A stretch of 64,000 nucleotides of DNA from Candidatus Latescibacterota bacterium. Its GTDB lineage: Bacteria; Latescibacterota; UBA2968; UBA8231. The position numbers and the translations under genes were made by a program. The notes beneath the pieces were generated by a model. The model was given only the letters and a program-made list of their open reading frames with translations, made no database searches and had not been told where the DNA came from. Positions 1-9,839 of the stretch are shown one piece after another; position 1 is the first letter of the stretch; each line of letters begins with the position of its first letter. The stretch spans positions 588,176-652,175 of the forward strand of contig CBDAOB010000005.1 in the NCBI GenBank assembly GCA_965197905.1. The letters are read 5' to 3'.

Positions 1-612
1 GCGATCAACGAGCTTGGCCTGGTCGGGTTGCAGTTCATGCCGTTTCACCGACCCCTGTACGGGCTGTCCGCCAAATGGAATGGGCCGGAATTCGACCCGT
101 ACTGGAAGGCGGTCCAGTCTCTGGGAATCCCGGTATTCTTCACCATTGGCGGCGGCCGCGATTTGGAGGAGTATCTCGAGGAATTGCGCAGTTTGCGGCG
201 GTGGATGGAGCGATACCCGGAGGTGCCTGTCGTAAAGACCCATGGGTTCAACTGGCGGCTGTTTTCTGACGACGAAAGGCTGGTGGTTCCGGATGAAGTC
301 TACGACGCGGCCCCCCTGGATCACCCCATGTTCAACATCCAGATCCTGTTCGCCGTATTCCTCCAATCCCGCTGGGACTACCCGATGCCGCAGATGCGTC
401 CTACCCTGGAAACTATGGTTGAACGGATCGGAGCTGATCGACTCATGTGGGGAACCGACATCCCGATCGTGCTGTTGCACTGGACTTACCGGCAGAGTCT
501 GGATTTCATTCGCAACTACTGCGATTTCATCGACTCTGATGATATGGAGCTCATCCTGGGCGGAAATATGGTCCGTTTTCTGAGATCACGCCCGCCTGGT
601 TCAATTGCCTGA
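1..612 (+). CDS. Amidohydrolase-2 family (PF04909-like) metal-dependent hydrolase, 5'-truncated by the window edge
   Basis: Open frame from nt 1, first in-frame Met at 28, stop at 612. C-terminal 'MWGTDIPIV' resembles the conserved amidohydrolase-2 metal-binding strand. Paralogous to 16923..17669 and 17666..18460. Confidence 0.6.
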   Translation, partial: AINELGLVGLQFMPFHRPLYGLSAKWNGPEFDPYWKAVQSLGIPVFFTIGGGRDLEEYLEELRSLRRWMERYPEVPVVKTHGFNWRLFSDDERLVVPDEVYDAAPLDHPMFNIQILFAVFLQSRWDYPMPQMRPTLETMVERIGADRLMWGTDIPIVLLHWTYRQSLDFIRNYCDFIDSDDMELILGGNMVRFLRSRPPGSIA

Positions 613-844
613 CGGGATGGGAATGCCCCTGCTCACTCGAGTGAAAGCGGATTATTGCCAAGTCCGCTGCCCCTGCGCCGGCGCCCAATCACCCCTACGG
701 CGAGCATTAACCTCCTCTCACTCTTGCTTCCTTGGCCGATATATTCAATACCGGTAGGTGAGGTTGTTTTTGTTTTTCCGCCCCAGAGAGTTATCTTAAT
801 AGAGATCCGGCGGGACCCGGCAGTCAAATCCGGAGGATAATAGT

Positions 845-1696
845 ATGGGCTCTGGTGGCGCTGTGCGGATGGTTTTTCTGTTTATCGCGATTTTTCCTCA
901 GGCCGTTGCGGCCAAGGAATCCTACGTCCAGTTTCAGGCGTTCGACTGGGCCCCGGTAAAATGGGCCGTCGGAATCCTCCTCGCTGCATCCATTCTCGTC
1001 CTCATCCTCAAAATGGTCGTTGGCGCAAAAGCCAAATCCAAGCCGGCCAAGAGTAGCAAGAAACGGGAGCAAACACCCGAAGAGACCGGGTTCGGCGAGC
1101 GGGCCGAGTCGATGGGTTTCAGAGTGAAGGAATCCAAGCTGCTCATTCAGATTGCCTCTAAGGTCGCACCTCACAAGCCGGAGACCGTCCTGAACACCGC
1201 CAACGGTCGCGAACACCTTTACAAAGACCTGGAAAAGCGTGTTCGGGAGCGCGAAGTGGCCGTGATCCGCGACGTGCAACGCAAGCTCGAGAATATGCGG
1301 GGTCGGGACATCACGGAACGGGAATCCAAGAGGATCGAGAGCAACATGCCGGTCTGGGTCGTCAGGAAGATCGGACGTAGCGCTTCCGATCCGGACGCAC
1401 TAGAAGCGCCAGAAGAGGAAGGTTCCGAACTCAAGCCCAGTCAGGGGCGGTTGGTGGACATCGGGGAGGGGGGAGCGGCGGTTAAGGTGGAGATCGAGGC
1501 GGACTCCGGAGACCTCGTGGACCTCTGGTCAGGGGATCCGAACGTACTGCTTTCTCCCACAACGGCGGTTGTAGTTCAGCTCAAACGAGACGATGACACT
1601 GACGAGCATGTGGTTCATCTGTCCTTCCTCGACCCGCCGCTCTCTGAGCTTCGCGCCGCCCTCTACGAGATAGAGATGCGCAGCCAGGCAGTCTGA
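845..1696 (+). CDS. Membrane-anchored PilZ-like domain protein (putative c-di-GMP binding)
   Basis: SD 'GGAGGATAATAGT' precedes the ATG. An N-terminal hydrophobic helix is followed by a charged linker. The C-terminal region has 'RESKR' (RxxxR) and 'DIGEGGAAV' (D-x-S/G-x-G-G), the two PilZ signature motifs. Confidence 0.45.
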   Translation: MGSGGAVRMVFLFIAIFPQAVAAKESYVQFQAFDWAPVKWAVGILLAASILVLILKMVVGAKAKSKPAKSSKKREQTPEETGFGERAESMGFRVKESKLLIQIASKVAPHKPETVLNTANGREHLYKDLEKRVREREVAVIRDVQRKLENMRGRDITERESKRIESNMPVWVVRKIGRSASDPDALEAPEEEGSELKPSQGRLVDIGEGGAAVKVEIEADSGDLVDLWSGDPNVLLSPTTAVVVQLKRDDDTDEHVVHLSFLDPPLSELRAALYEIEMRSQAV

Positions 1697-1717
1697 GCGA
1701 CACTTCGCGCACAACCC

Positions 1718-3043
1718 TCAGAAAACCGTCGTCAGCGCCCGCTCCAACGCCTCCAAGGTAGCCGTGATATCGTTCGTTTTGTGGGCGGCCGATATCGAAC
1801 ACTGTTTGGTGGCAACCGGGAAGAAGTAGACCCCGTTGTCGATCATGGCTCGGCGCATGGCTACATCTCGATCGAAGTCATGATGCTCCGCAAGATCGTG
1901 ATAATCCCGGGGCAGGTGTTGCATCAGGTAGAGGCAGAGCGCACCCCCCTGCCGAGAGACCCGACCGACGACCCCGTGCAAACTCAGCAGGTATTCGATT
2001 CCCTCCTGTAGCTGCGCTCCGAGATCGTCCATGTGGCGGTAGACGACGCCCCCACCCTCCTGAAGAACCTCGATAGTGGCGATGGCCGCGGCCACGGAAA
2101 CCGGGTGGGCGTTGTAGGTGCCGCCAATGAGGGGACGTTTCGTTGCATCGGGATCGGCGAACAGGTCCATGTACTCGGCTTTGCCGCCGATGGCAGAGAT
2201 CGGGAACCCATTGGCGATCGCCTTGGCGTAAAACGCCAGATCGGGTTGGACCCCACTCAGCTGGCTATACCCCCCCAGGCAGTAGCGAAAGCCGGTCTTC
2301 ACCTCGTCGAAGACCAACAGGAACCCGAATTCGTCCGCCAGCTCCCGCAAACCCTGCAGATATCCCGGCTCCGGTTTTACAATGCCAATATTCTGCAACA
2401 CCGGCTCCGTGATGAGCGCGGCGATCTCGTTCCTTTCACAGACGTGTCGCACCGAGGCCAGGTCGTTGAAATTGACTATATGGACCAGACCCTCCGCGGC
2501 CATCGGAAGACCCGAACCAAGCCGTCGGTAGGGATACTCGCCGGGGCACACCCGGGGTCCGATCTGGTCCAGGGGTGTCAATACGTTGCAGGCTATCTCG
2601 CTGTGCGAGCCGTTGAACCCCCCTTGCATCACAATGACGTGCTCGCGACCAGTGACGGAACGGGCAAGGCGCAGTGTGCCGAGGCTTGCCTCCGAGCCCG
2701 TCGTCATGAATTCAACCCTTTCGACTGCCGGGATATGGGTGCACACCAGCTCCGCCAGCCGGCCTTCCAACTCGTTGGTTCCCGAACCGAACAGGCTCAT
2801 GCCCTCGTCCATTACCCTCTTTACGGCAGCATTAACTCGGGGATCGTTGTGACCGAGGACGTGAGGCGCAAACGCGGCGTGGAAGTCGATGTAGCGGTTG
2901 CCGTCCACGTCCCACAGGTAGGCCCCCTGGCCCCGGGCGAAGGCGATGTTGGGCTCCACCTTGCGCGCACCGGACACCACCCCTCCCGGAATGTGGCGTT
3001 CGTTGCGCTCCAGAACCGCGGCTGAGCCGGGATGTTGAATCAA
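1718..3043 (-). CDS. Class-III (GSA-aminomutase-like) PLP-dependent aminotransferase
   Basis: 441-aa ORF. 'TTGSEASLGTLRLARSVTGRE', 'FDEVKTGFR' (PLP lysine) and 'LIGGTYNAHPVSVAAAIATI' are typical of glutamate-1-semialdehyde aminomutase-like aminotransferases. Confidence 0.8.
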   Translation of the reverse strand: MIQHPGSAAVLERNERHIPGGVVSGARKVEPNIAFARGQGAYLWDVDGNRYIDFHAAFAPHVLGHNDPRVNAAVKRVMDEGMSLFGSGTNELEGRLAELVCTHIPAVERVEFMTTGSEASLGTLRLARSVTGREHVIVMQGGFNGSHSEIACNVLTPLDQIGPRVCPGEYPYRRLGSGLPMAAEGLVHIVNFNDLASVRHVCERNEIAALITEPVLQNIGIVKPEPGYLQGLRELADEFGFLLVFDEVKTGFRYCLGGYSQLSGVQPDLAFYAKAIANGFPISAIGGKAEYMDLFADPDATKRPLIGGTYNAHPVSVAAAIATIEVLQEGGGVVYRHMDDLGAQLQEGIEYLLSLHGVVGRVSRQGGALCLYLMQHLPRDYHDLAEHHDFDRDVAMRRAMIDNGVYFFPVATKQCSISAAHKTNDITATLEALERALTTVF

Positions 3044-3059
3044 GGGAATCCCCTAAACA

Positions 3060-4097
3060 CTAGAGGGCGAGAAACCGGGCCGGATTTGCCACCATGATGC
3101 CGTCGATATCGGTCGGGGTGAGGCCGCTGGCGTGGAGGCGGGGCACGATGTGTTCAAGGATGTGGGCATAGCCGTAACCGCCGAAGGCGGTCATATCCAT
3201 GCGGTAACAGCAGTCTTGGGCGACCATGATCGAATCAAGATAGCCGCGACGCACCAGCTCGGCGATTACATCCACCCGCACGTTGTCGCTGGGATGCTGT
3301 CGGCCCAGGTGGGCGTAGTAGATATCTCGGCCGAATGTGTCGAAACTCAGTTTGCAACCGGTATCCGCCAGATGACGATATAGATCGACGTCGGTGCGAA
3401 AGCGTGCTCCCACGTGGCTCATGATGACCCGGTCGGGATCGACTCCGTCGTGGCGCAGCAGGTCGAGAACCTGAATCGGGGAGTGGGGGCTTTGCCCAGG
3501 GTGAATCGATATAGCGGCACCGGTCTCGAGGTGGGCTCGTGCCGCCGCGTGCAGGCACTTCTCTTCGTTCGGATGGAGAGGCCAGGAGGCCCCGATCTCG
3601 CCGATCAAGCCGGCGCGGACGTCCGTTCCGTCAATGCCTTTTTCGACACAGGCGACGATCTCGTCGGTAATGCCCCCGACGGTTTTTCCGTCCATATCCG
3701 GTGGATGAGACGGGAAGATGTAATACCCTGATCCAGCGACGATATGGAGCCCTGTCGCGGCGGAGATTCGACGCAAACCCTCTGGTTGGGGGGAGATTCC
3801 GTTGATCGTCTGGTCGACGATCGCCTGCCCGCCGGCGTCCCGGAACCTGGAAGCCTCTGCGACGGCCAGGTCCTCTTCCAACATCTCGAGGTTGTGCAGC
3901 GAACTCATGGAATTGCGCCGTACCCAGCCCAGATTGCCCAGCTGAACTGGCTCTCGAGCGAGCTTTTTGCCCGGGGGATCCGCCGGTTCGACGAAATAAC
4001 AACTCAGATCGAACAGCAAATGCTCGTGAATCAGGGTCGAACCCAGTTTTGCGGGCTCAAGCGGTCCCCGAACGGTAATAATCTGCTGATTTGCCAC
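3060..4097 (-). CDS. Phosphotriesterase-family (PTE/Php-like) binuclear metal hydrolase
   Basis: 345 aa. N-terminal 'TLIHEHL' HxH metal motif and TIM-barrel amidohydrolase-like His/Asp pattern ('SHVGARF', 'HILEH') match phosphotriesterase homology proteins. Confidence 0.75.
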   Translation of the reverse strand: MANQQIITVRGPLEPAKLGSTLIHEHLLFDLSCYFVEPADPPGKKLAREPVQLGNLGWVRRNSMSSLHNLEMLEEDLAVAEASRFRDAGGQAIVDQTINGISPQPEGLRRISAATGLHIVAGSGYYIFPSHPPDMDGKTVGGITDEIVACVEKGIDGTDVRAGLIGEIGASWPLHPNEEKCLHAAARAHLETGAAISIHPGQSPHSPIQVLDLLRHDGVDPDRVIMSHVGARFRTDVDLYRHLADTGCKLSFDTFGRDIYYAHLGRQHPSDNVRVDVIAELVRRGYLDSIMVAQDCCYRMDMTAFGGYGYAHILEHIVPRLHASGLTPTDIDGIMVANPARFLAL

Positions 4098-4345
4098 AGC
4101 TGGAACTCTCCTTTAGAAGGGGCCAAAAGGTGTTTTCTACGCAGGGGCACGTCAAGGGCGAAAATTGTCCAATTTATGAGGTTGAGGATCTAGGTAGCAC
4201 TGGCTGAACCAGACTGAGTCTACACAGAAGGGAGGTGAACGACGAGTAGAAATGGGCTTTCAGCCGAAATCCTAAGTGGTACATAAATCAGTAGCCGTAC
4301 GCAAATCATGCACACGCTTCAACGCCTTATACCAAGGAGTAGACA

Positions 4346-6241
4346 GTGAAGCTAACCAAGATGCTTCTCAGCGTTTTCGCGATCGCCCTTCTGAGCTTCG
4401 GTCTTGCCGGCGCCCAGACGGCGGTCGAAGGATTTTCGTTTCCCGAGGGCGAAAAGTTGCCCGTGCGCTCGGGGATTCCCACGCCTTTGCTTGTTTCCGC
4501 CTCTGACGTAAGCTGGAGCGGCAGCGGTTCGGCGACCTTCAGCTTCAATTCAAGCCAGCGCGGTACCGCCTGGGTGATCATTTACGAGAAGGGCAACAAC
4601 CAGACGGGCCGTCGTGGACCGGGTGGTGCCTGGCAGCGTTTGGTACCCCAGGATCTCTACGTCACTACCGTGCCCGCCTCTGGCCAGGCCATTGAGAGCG
4701 GTAACAACAGCATCGTCTGGGACGGCCGTGACTTCGAAGGCAACGCCGCCGGCGCCGGAGAGTACGAGTTCGACCTTGTCGTCGTGAACAATCTGGACGA
4801 CCTGGTTGTGGTCGGCCCCGCCTCAGGCCCCACCGGTTTCACCTGGCCGAACATCGACCTGACCAAGGACCCGGTCGAGATCTTCGTGCAGGAGTACGAG
4901 CGCAGCGTGCCCGACCGCGGTCATGCCATCGGCGACATGGTCCGGGGCACCATCGGCACGAACTACCTGACCAATCCGACCGCCTGGGAGCGCTGGTCCT
5001 ACAACAATGTCATGAACTGGGAAGGGGCGCGCACCGCGAGCGGCTTGCGTCAGGACGATGTGGACCCGGATATCTACTGGTCCAACGACTACACTGCCGA
5101 GTGCTGCAAGGGCATCTACAAGATGCGCATCAACCGCGCGGCGCAGAGCTGGGAAGGGGTTACCGACTTCGCCGAAGATGGCCGCTCGGTCAATGTCAAC
5201 GGCGATCGTATCCTGCAGTTCAAGCCGGAGGGAGACGTCATCTGGCAGACGCTGCACGGAGTCCAGGAGGTGCCCTTCAGCGCCATTGAGAAGAGGGACA
5301 AGACCTCCGGCGCCACCCTGACCGAGTTTGACGTGGGCGATTTTTATCACGTCATCCGTACCGATGACGAGGGTAACGAGACCCTGCGATCCGGCGGCCC
5401 GCGTCAGATCGACGTGGTAGGCGACCTGATCGTAACCTCTGCCTGGGGCCATCAGGCCATACTCGGCGTCAACAAGAACAGCGGTGAGGTTCTGTGGATG
5501 AACGACAACGGCGACGGCTATGGCGACCGGCTCGACCAAGAAGGTGCTGCGGCGATCGGTGGCGTTGCCAGCCCGTCTATCAACATCACCGGCTCGACCA
5601 TCGATCCGGGGAGTGGCAATTTTACCCTGTTCAACATGGTCGGGGTCAACGGTCCCACCACGTGGGGCGCCATTGGTCGCGACGGCACCGGAATCTTCTC
5701 CATCAGCTATCCCGTGGATTGGGCACGGGCTCGTCCCGGCTGCACGCGCTTCAACATGATCAATCAGGGAAGCCAGTATGACGGGCTCTACAGCTGCGTG
5801 AACCTGAACATGGTTGCCCAGGAGGATGGGACCCACCACGGCAACACCCCGGAAGGGAAATACGGTCCTAAGATGCTGGCACCGACCCCGTACGACGTGT
5901 TCAGCGGGCGGCTGGGCGGGGGCGTGACCGCGGTTTCGGCGAACGGAAGCGCCGGCACCCCGGACAGCTACACGCTCGGCGACGCCTATCCGAACCCGTT
6001 CAATCCGCAGACCAGCGTCGAATTCGCGGTGCCATCTGACGGCTTCGTAAAGATCGAGATCTTCAACTCGGTCGGTCAGGTGGTGGCCAGCATGGTCGAT
6101 CAGGATCTCAGTGCCGGTGCCTATACCGCCACCTGGGATGCTCTCGACTCCAGCGGGAGCCAGGTATCCAGCGGTGTCTATTTCTACCGCATGGAAGCCG
6201 GCGAATTCACCGCCACCCGCTCGATGACGTTACTGAAGTAG
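4346..6241 (+). CDS. Secreted protein with C-terminal T9SS-type (Por/FlgD-like) sorting domain
   Basis: GTG start with SD 'CAAGGAG'. Signal peptide 'MKLTKMLLSVFAIALLSFGLAGAQT'. C-terminal ~85 aa carry 'AYPNPFNPQTSVEFAV...VKIEIFNSVGQVVASM...SGVYFYRMEAG', the hallmark of the T9SS C-terminal domain. Confidence 0.7.
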   Translation: MKLTKMLLSVFAIALLSFGLAGAQTAVEGFSFPEGEKLPVRSGIPTPLLVSASDVSWSGSGSATFSFNSSQRGTAWVIIYEKGNNQTGRRGPGGAWQRLVPQDLYVTTVPASGQAIESGNNSIVWDGRDFEGNAAGAGEYEFDLVVVNNLDDLVVVGPASGPTGFTWPNIDLTKDPVEIFVQEYERSVPDRGHAIGDMVRGTIGTNYLTNPTAWERWSYNNVMNWEGARTASGLRQDDVDPDIYWSNDYTAECCKGIYKMRINRAAQSWEGVTDFAEDGRSVNVNGDRILQFKPEGDVIWQTLHGVQEVPFSAIEKRDKTSGATLTEFDVGDFYHVIRTDDEGNETLRSGGPRQIDVVGDLIVTSAWGHQAILGVNKNSGEVLWMNDNGDGYGDRLDQEGAAAIGGVASPSINITGSTIDPGSGNFTLFNMVGVNGPTTWGAIGRDGTGIFSISYPVDWARARPGCTRFNMINQGSQYDGLYSCVNLNMVAQEDGTHHGNTPEGKYGPKMLAPTPYDVFSGRLGGGVTAVSANGSAGTPDSYTLGDAYPNPFNPQTSVEFAVPSDGFVKIEIFNSVGQVVASMVDQDLSAGAYTATWDALDSSGSQVSSGVYFYRMEAGEFTATRSMTLLK

Positions 6242-6270
6242 GCCCGAACAACCTGCTTCGAGCAGTTGTA

Positions 6271-6308
6271 GCAGAGGGGGAGCACCTGCTCCCCCTCTGC
6301 TTTTTTTG
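6271..6308 (+). terminator. Rho-independent terminator
   Basis: Perfect 14-bp stem 'GCAGAGGGGGAGCA'/'TGCTCCCCCTCTGC' with a 2-nt loop, followed by TTTTTTT, 30 nt after the stop at 6241. Confidence 0.7.
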
Positions 6309-6328
6309 TGCGCAACCCCCCCAATCTG

Positions 6329-8332
6329 ATGCAATCCGGTAGACCAGAACCCCCCTCGAGGACGGAGGGATCGGCAGCCACCGTCGACACAGCGGAAACC
6401 TCGCGGCCGAGCATCTCTCCGCGGGGTGTCCTCCTGGGAGCGATCACGGCCTCGGCGATGCTGTATTACGTGGTTGTGGTGGGGCAGGGGATCGGTGCCG
6501 GTCGCTACGTAAACTCCCAGTTCCCCATGACGGCGTTCATGCCGTTTGTGCTCTGGCTCTTCATCAACGTGCTGTTGAAACGGTTGTGGCCCTCCCAGGC
6601 GCTCAGTCGCGGGGAGCTGCTCACTATTCTGACCATGGTCTGGGTTGTGGGCATCATGCCCCAAAGGGGGTGGATGAGCTTCTGGACCGCCATCATGGCG
6701 GGTCCCACCATCCTGGCTACCAAAGAGAACCTTTGGGCAGAGATCTTCTTCGACTACCTGCCGTGGCACGTATTCGCTCCGACCAAAGGGCGCATCCTGG
6801 ATCCGTTTTTTTTCGGCTTGGAAGAGGGGATGCCGTTGCCATGGGACGGTTGGCTGGGGGTGCTGGGGCAGTGGCTTGGGGTCTGCATGGCGATGGTGAT
6901 TTTCGGTTACTGCCTGATGGTTCTTTTCCAGAAGCATTGGGAGGATGGGGAAAAGCTCACCTTCCCGCTAGCGCAGCTACCCTTGGACCTGACCCGAGGA
7001 TTCGACCGCCATCGAATTCCCGATCTCTTTCGCCTGAGGCTCTTCTGGCTCGGCTTTTTCGTGGTTTTTATCACCCTCGCCTACAACGTAGTCACCTACT
7101 TTGTTCCCGGGCTGCCGCCAGTGGAGATCTGGACCAAACGCGTTCCCATAGAGCTTTTAGAAGACTTTCCGTCCGTTACCATTCGCGTACTGCCGATCGT
7201 GCTGGCGGTAACCTATCTCTGCCCCGTGGACATTCTGGGCAGCCTGGTCTTGTTCCATCTCCTCTACTTGGTCAAAGAGGGGTTGATACGAAGGGCCGGC
7301 TTCTCGGTAGAGGGATTCTCCGGAGTCGGCGCCACCGGACAGATCGCCGAATACAAACAGATCATCTTCATGGAGAGTTATGGCGCCCTGATCTTCGTCG
7401 CCCTTTGGTCCATCTGGCTCGCCCGCGGCCACCTGCGCTGGGTCTGGCGGCTGGTCTGGTCGGCGGGGGTTGATCGTGGGGAAGTCGCGCGTTACCGACT
7501 GGCCGCAGGAGGACTGGCCGTCTCAGCGATCTATGTGATCGTCTGGGGCATGGGATTGGGCATGGGTTTGCCGTTAACTCTGCTGGCTTTCGTGGTAATG
7601 GTCCTGACCTATTTCGTAATCGTCAAGCTGATCGCCGCCACCGGGTTCTCCTACCTCCTTCCAAACGAGCCCCACGCCAAGGGGCAGTCTTTCATCGCCG
7701 AGCTCGTGGGTACCATTCATCTTTCGCCCCGGGAGGTGGTGGCGTACAAGGTGTTCGCCAGCCGCGCCTTCTTCGGCGACACCCGGATTCCCGCCTGGCC
7801 GGCGATCACCCACCACCTACGCAGTTTCTCACTCGAGCGTCAGCCAGGGTGGGTAACCGCCACCATTTTCGTCGCTTTCCCGGTCGGGTTTCTGGTGACC
7901 GCAACCTCTACCATCGAACTGAATTACCAGGAGGGCAGCTCCGCCGGCTTGTCGGGATTTCTATTCAACGATCTCGTCAACCTGATGAACAACCCTTCGG
8001 AGTCCACGGTGGGCAAGTGGCTCGTCTGGGGCACCGGATTCGTTGAGGCGGCCGGCATCGCCTATCTTCGGGGACGCTATCACTGGTTCCCACTTCACCC
8101 GATGGGGTTGGCTTTTCAAGCCACCACAGGGGTCTGGGTCTACTGGTTCAGCCTTTTCCTGGTTTGGACCGTGAAGCTGGTCCTGCTGCGATACGGGGGT
8201 GTTAGCGCCTTCCTCAAGGGAAAGCCATTCTTCTATGGCATGGCGGTCGGTTACGTGCTGGGTGTAACACTCTCTGGTATCGTGGATCTTTTTTGGTTTC
8301 CGGCGGGTGGTCACCGGATGCATGCATGGTAG
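6329..8332 (+). CDS. Large polytopic membrane protein, paralog 1 of a 4-member uncharacterised family (~650 aa, >=12 predicted TM helices)
   Basis: ATG at 6329; the ORF-track GTG at 6308 lies inside the terminator T-run. The protein is highly hydrophobic. It shares blocks with the other three copies: 'RGELLTI..MVWVVG', 'NLWAEIFFDYLPWH', 'EKLTFPLAQLPLDLT', 'YLCPVDILGS', 'WSIWLARGHLRWVW', 'VKLIAATG', 'FGDTRIPAWP', 'HWFPLHPMGLAFQ', 'LLRYGGV..KPFFYG'. Confidence 0.7.
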   Translation: MQSGRPEPPSRTEGSAATVDTAETSRPSISPRGVLLGAITASAMLYYVVVVGQGIGAGRYVNSQFPMTAFMPFVLWLFINVLLKRLWPSQALSRGELLTILTMVWVVGIMPQRGWMSFWTAIMAGPTILATKENLWAEIFFDYLPWHVFAPTKGRILDPFFFGLEEGMPLPWDGWLGVLGQWLGVCMAMVIFGYCLMVLFQKHWEDGEKLTFPLAQLPLDLTRGFDRHRIPDLFRLRLFWLGFFVVFITLAYNVVTYFVPGLPPVEIWTKRVPIELLEDFPSVTIRVLPIVLAVTYLCPVDILGSLVLFHLLYLVKEGLIRRAGFSVEGFSGVGATGQIAEYKQIIFMESYGALIFVALWSIWLARGHLRWVWRLVWSAGVDRGEVARYRLAAGGLAVSAIYVIVWGMGLGMGLPLTLLAFVVMVLTYFVIVKLIAATGFSYLLPNEPHAKGQSFIAELVGTIHLSPREVVAYKVFASRAFFGDTRIPAWPAITHHLRSFSLERQPGWVTATIFVAFPVGFLVTATSTIELNYQEGSSAGLSGFLFNDLVNLMNNPSESTVGKWLVWGTGFVEAAGIAYLRGRYHWFPLHPMGLAFQATTGVWVYWFSLFLVWTVKLVLLRYGGVSAFLKGKPFFYGMAVGYVLGVTLSGIVDLFWFPAGGHRMHAW

Positions 8333-8401
8333 AAGCGCCTCCTGCTCGAAGCTGTTGGCGGATTTCATTCCGCCGTAGATTCTGCCCGTGGCAGTAATAC
8401 C

Positions 8402-9832
8402 ATGAGATCTATCGACTCGGCGTGGTGGCACCTGAGTCTTCGCCGCCGAACGACCTATCTTTTGTCAGCTCTCGCCATGCTGGGTTTGGTTTTGATGTGG
8501 GGCTTCTGGCCGCGACCACTGACCCCGCCGACTATTCCAGAGAGTCTATACGGGGCAGATCCCGCGGCTTATCGTCTCGTTGAGAGAGGAGTCAACGAGG
8601 TCTCCTCCAATACAACAGACCCGTTGGCCTGGTTGCGCCTCGGCTTCGCCTACGAAGCCAACGAACTGGACTCGCTCGCACTGGAGAGTTATCTGAACGC
8701 CTTGGATCTGGACGGTGGAGATCCCAAGATCTGGTATCGTCTGTCCCAAGTCCGCAAGCGTCTGGGCGATAGGCCGGCGGCCGTCGAGGCAGCGAAAGTC
8801 GCAGTCGATCTGGCGCCCGGTTACGCACCTCTTCGGCTCCGTCTTGGACTCTGGCTCCTCGAACAGGGGAAGCTGACGCAAGCCGACCACTGGTTTGCCC
8901 AAGCCGCCGAACTCGACCGGCACGAGCCGGCGGGAACATGGGGTCGGGCGCGGGTCATGATGCAGCGGAATCACCCCCACAAAGCGGAGAAAATCCTTCG
9001 GCGTCTAGACACCGAGTTGCCCGGGCATTCATACACGCACCTCCTCCTTGCCGCAGCCTACAGACAACTTGGCCGTGCCGTCGATTCAGCAGAGGAGTTT
9101 TCCAAGGGGCAGGGCGCCTATTTCAGTTTTTCCGATCCCTGGAATCAGGACCTTAACCCCTACCAAACGGGATTGATGCATCAGTTGCGGGCATCGGAGC
9201 AGCTAATCGAGTCTGGGCGCCTGGACGAAGCCCGAGGGCTTCTCCAACGGCTATACACCCAATATCCAGACCATTTTTCCGTGCTGAACAATCTTGGAAT
9301 CGTTTATACCAAGATAGGGATGACTCAGGAGGCCATTAGGATGTTCCGTCGCGCGCTGGCGCGGCACCCGAACAATCCCCATCTACATTCCAACATAGCT
9401 ACCACCTATCTGGTAGCCGGCAATTCGAGCATGGCGATGAAACATTTGGATCGTGTTGTTGGGCATCCGAGTCTCGACAATGTGCCCGAGAAACGGGGCC
9501 TGGCACTGTTGCAAGCACGCCGACCGCTCGATGCGGCTATTGCGCTTGAGCGCGCTCATGCTGCAGATCCTGACAATGCGCTCGTTCTAGTACAACTCGG
9601 CGTAGCTCAATGCGATTTGAGGTTATGGAAGCAAGCCCTAGACAAATTCGAGCGGGCGCTCGCGTTGGACTCTACACTGGTCGAAGCTCAATTGGGCGTC
9701 GGCACGGCGGCCATGAATCTGGGGAGGTCGCAAAGGGCGCAAGAAGCGTTTAGGCAGGCATCGATTCTCGATCCCTCGAACGAAATGAGAATGCTTCTTC
9801 AAAGAATCCGCAATCCACAAAACTTCAACTAG
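8402..9832 (+). CDS. TPR-repeat protein with N-terminal membrane anchor
   Basis: 476 aa. One N-terminal TM segment ('LLSALAMLGLVLMWGFW') is followed by multiple 34-residue TPR-like repeats (W/LG..Y.....A...Y..AL.L.P). Confidence 0.65.
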   Translation: MRSIDSAWWHLSLRRRTTYLLSALAMLGLVLMWGFWPRPLTPPTIPESLYGADPAAYRLVERGVNEVSSNTTDPLAWLRLGFAYEANELDSLALESYLNALDLDGGDPKIWYRLSQVRKRLGDRPAAVEAAKVAVDLAPGYAPLRLRLGLWLLEQGKLTQADHWFAQAAELDRHEPAGTWGRARVMMQRNHPHKAEKILRRLDTELPGHSYTHLLLAAAYRQLGRAVDSAEEFSKGQGAYFSFSDPWNQDLNPYQTGLMHQLRASEQLIESGRLDEARGLLQRLYTQYPDHFSVLNNLGIVYTKIGMTQEAIRMFRRALARHPNNPHLHSNIATTYLVAGNSSMAMKHLDRVVGHPSLDNVPEKRGLALLQARRPLDAAIALERAHAADPDNALVLVQLGVAQCDLRLWKQALDKFERALALDSTLVEAQLGVGTAAMNLGRSQRAQEAFRQASILDPSNEMRMLLQRIRNPQNFN

Positions 9833-9839
9833 GAATTCC

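Noticed and set aside
655-840. Small ORFs within the 612-845 intergenic region
   Set aside because: They have no RBS, sit in a promoter-like region ahead of 845, and are low-complexity.
2033-3025. Long antisense ORFs across the window (e.g. 2033..3025, 4823..5839, 18741..19745, 23351..24400, 51421..52437, 56433..57257, 60651..61322, 61392..62057)
   Set aside because: They fully overlap opposite-strand genes with strong family signatures. Their compositions (R/G/P/A-rich, no motifs) are typical of spurious ORFs in GC-rich DNA.
6308-6328. GTG start at 6308 for membrane paralog 1
   Set aside because: It lies inside the T-run of the upstream terminator. ATG 6329 gives an N-terminus aligned with the other paralogs.
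8333-8401. Hairpin 'GGCGGATTTCATTCCGCC' after paralog 1 as a terminator
   Set aside because: It has only a 6-bp stem and no U-tract.
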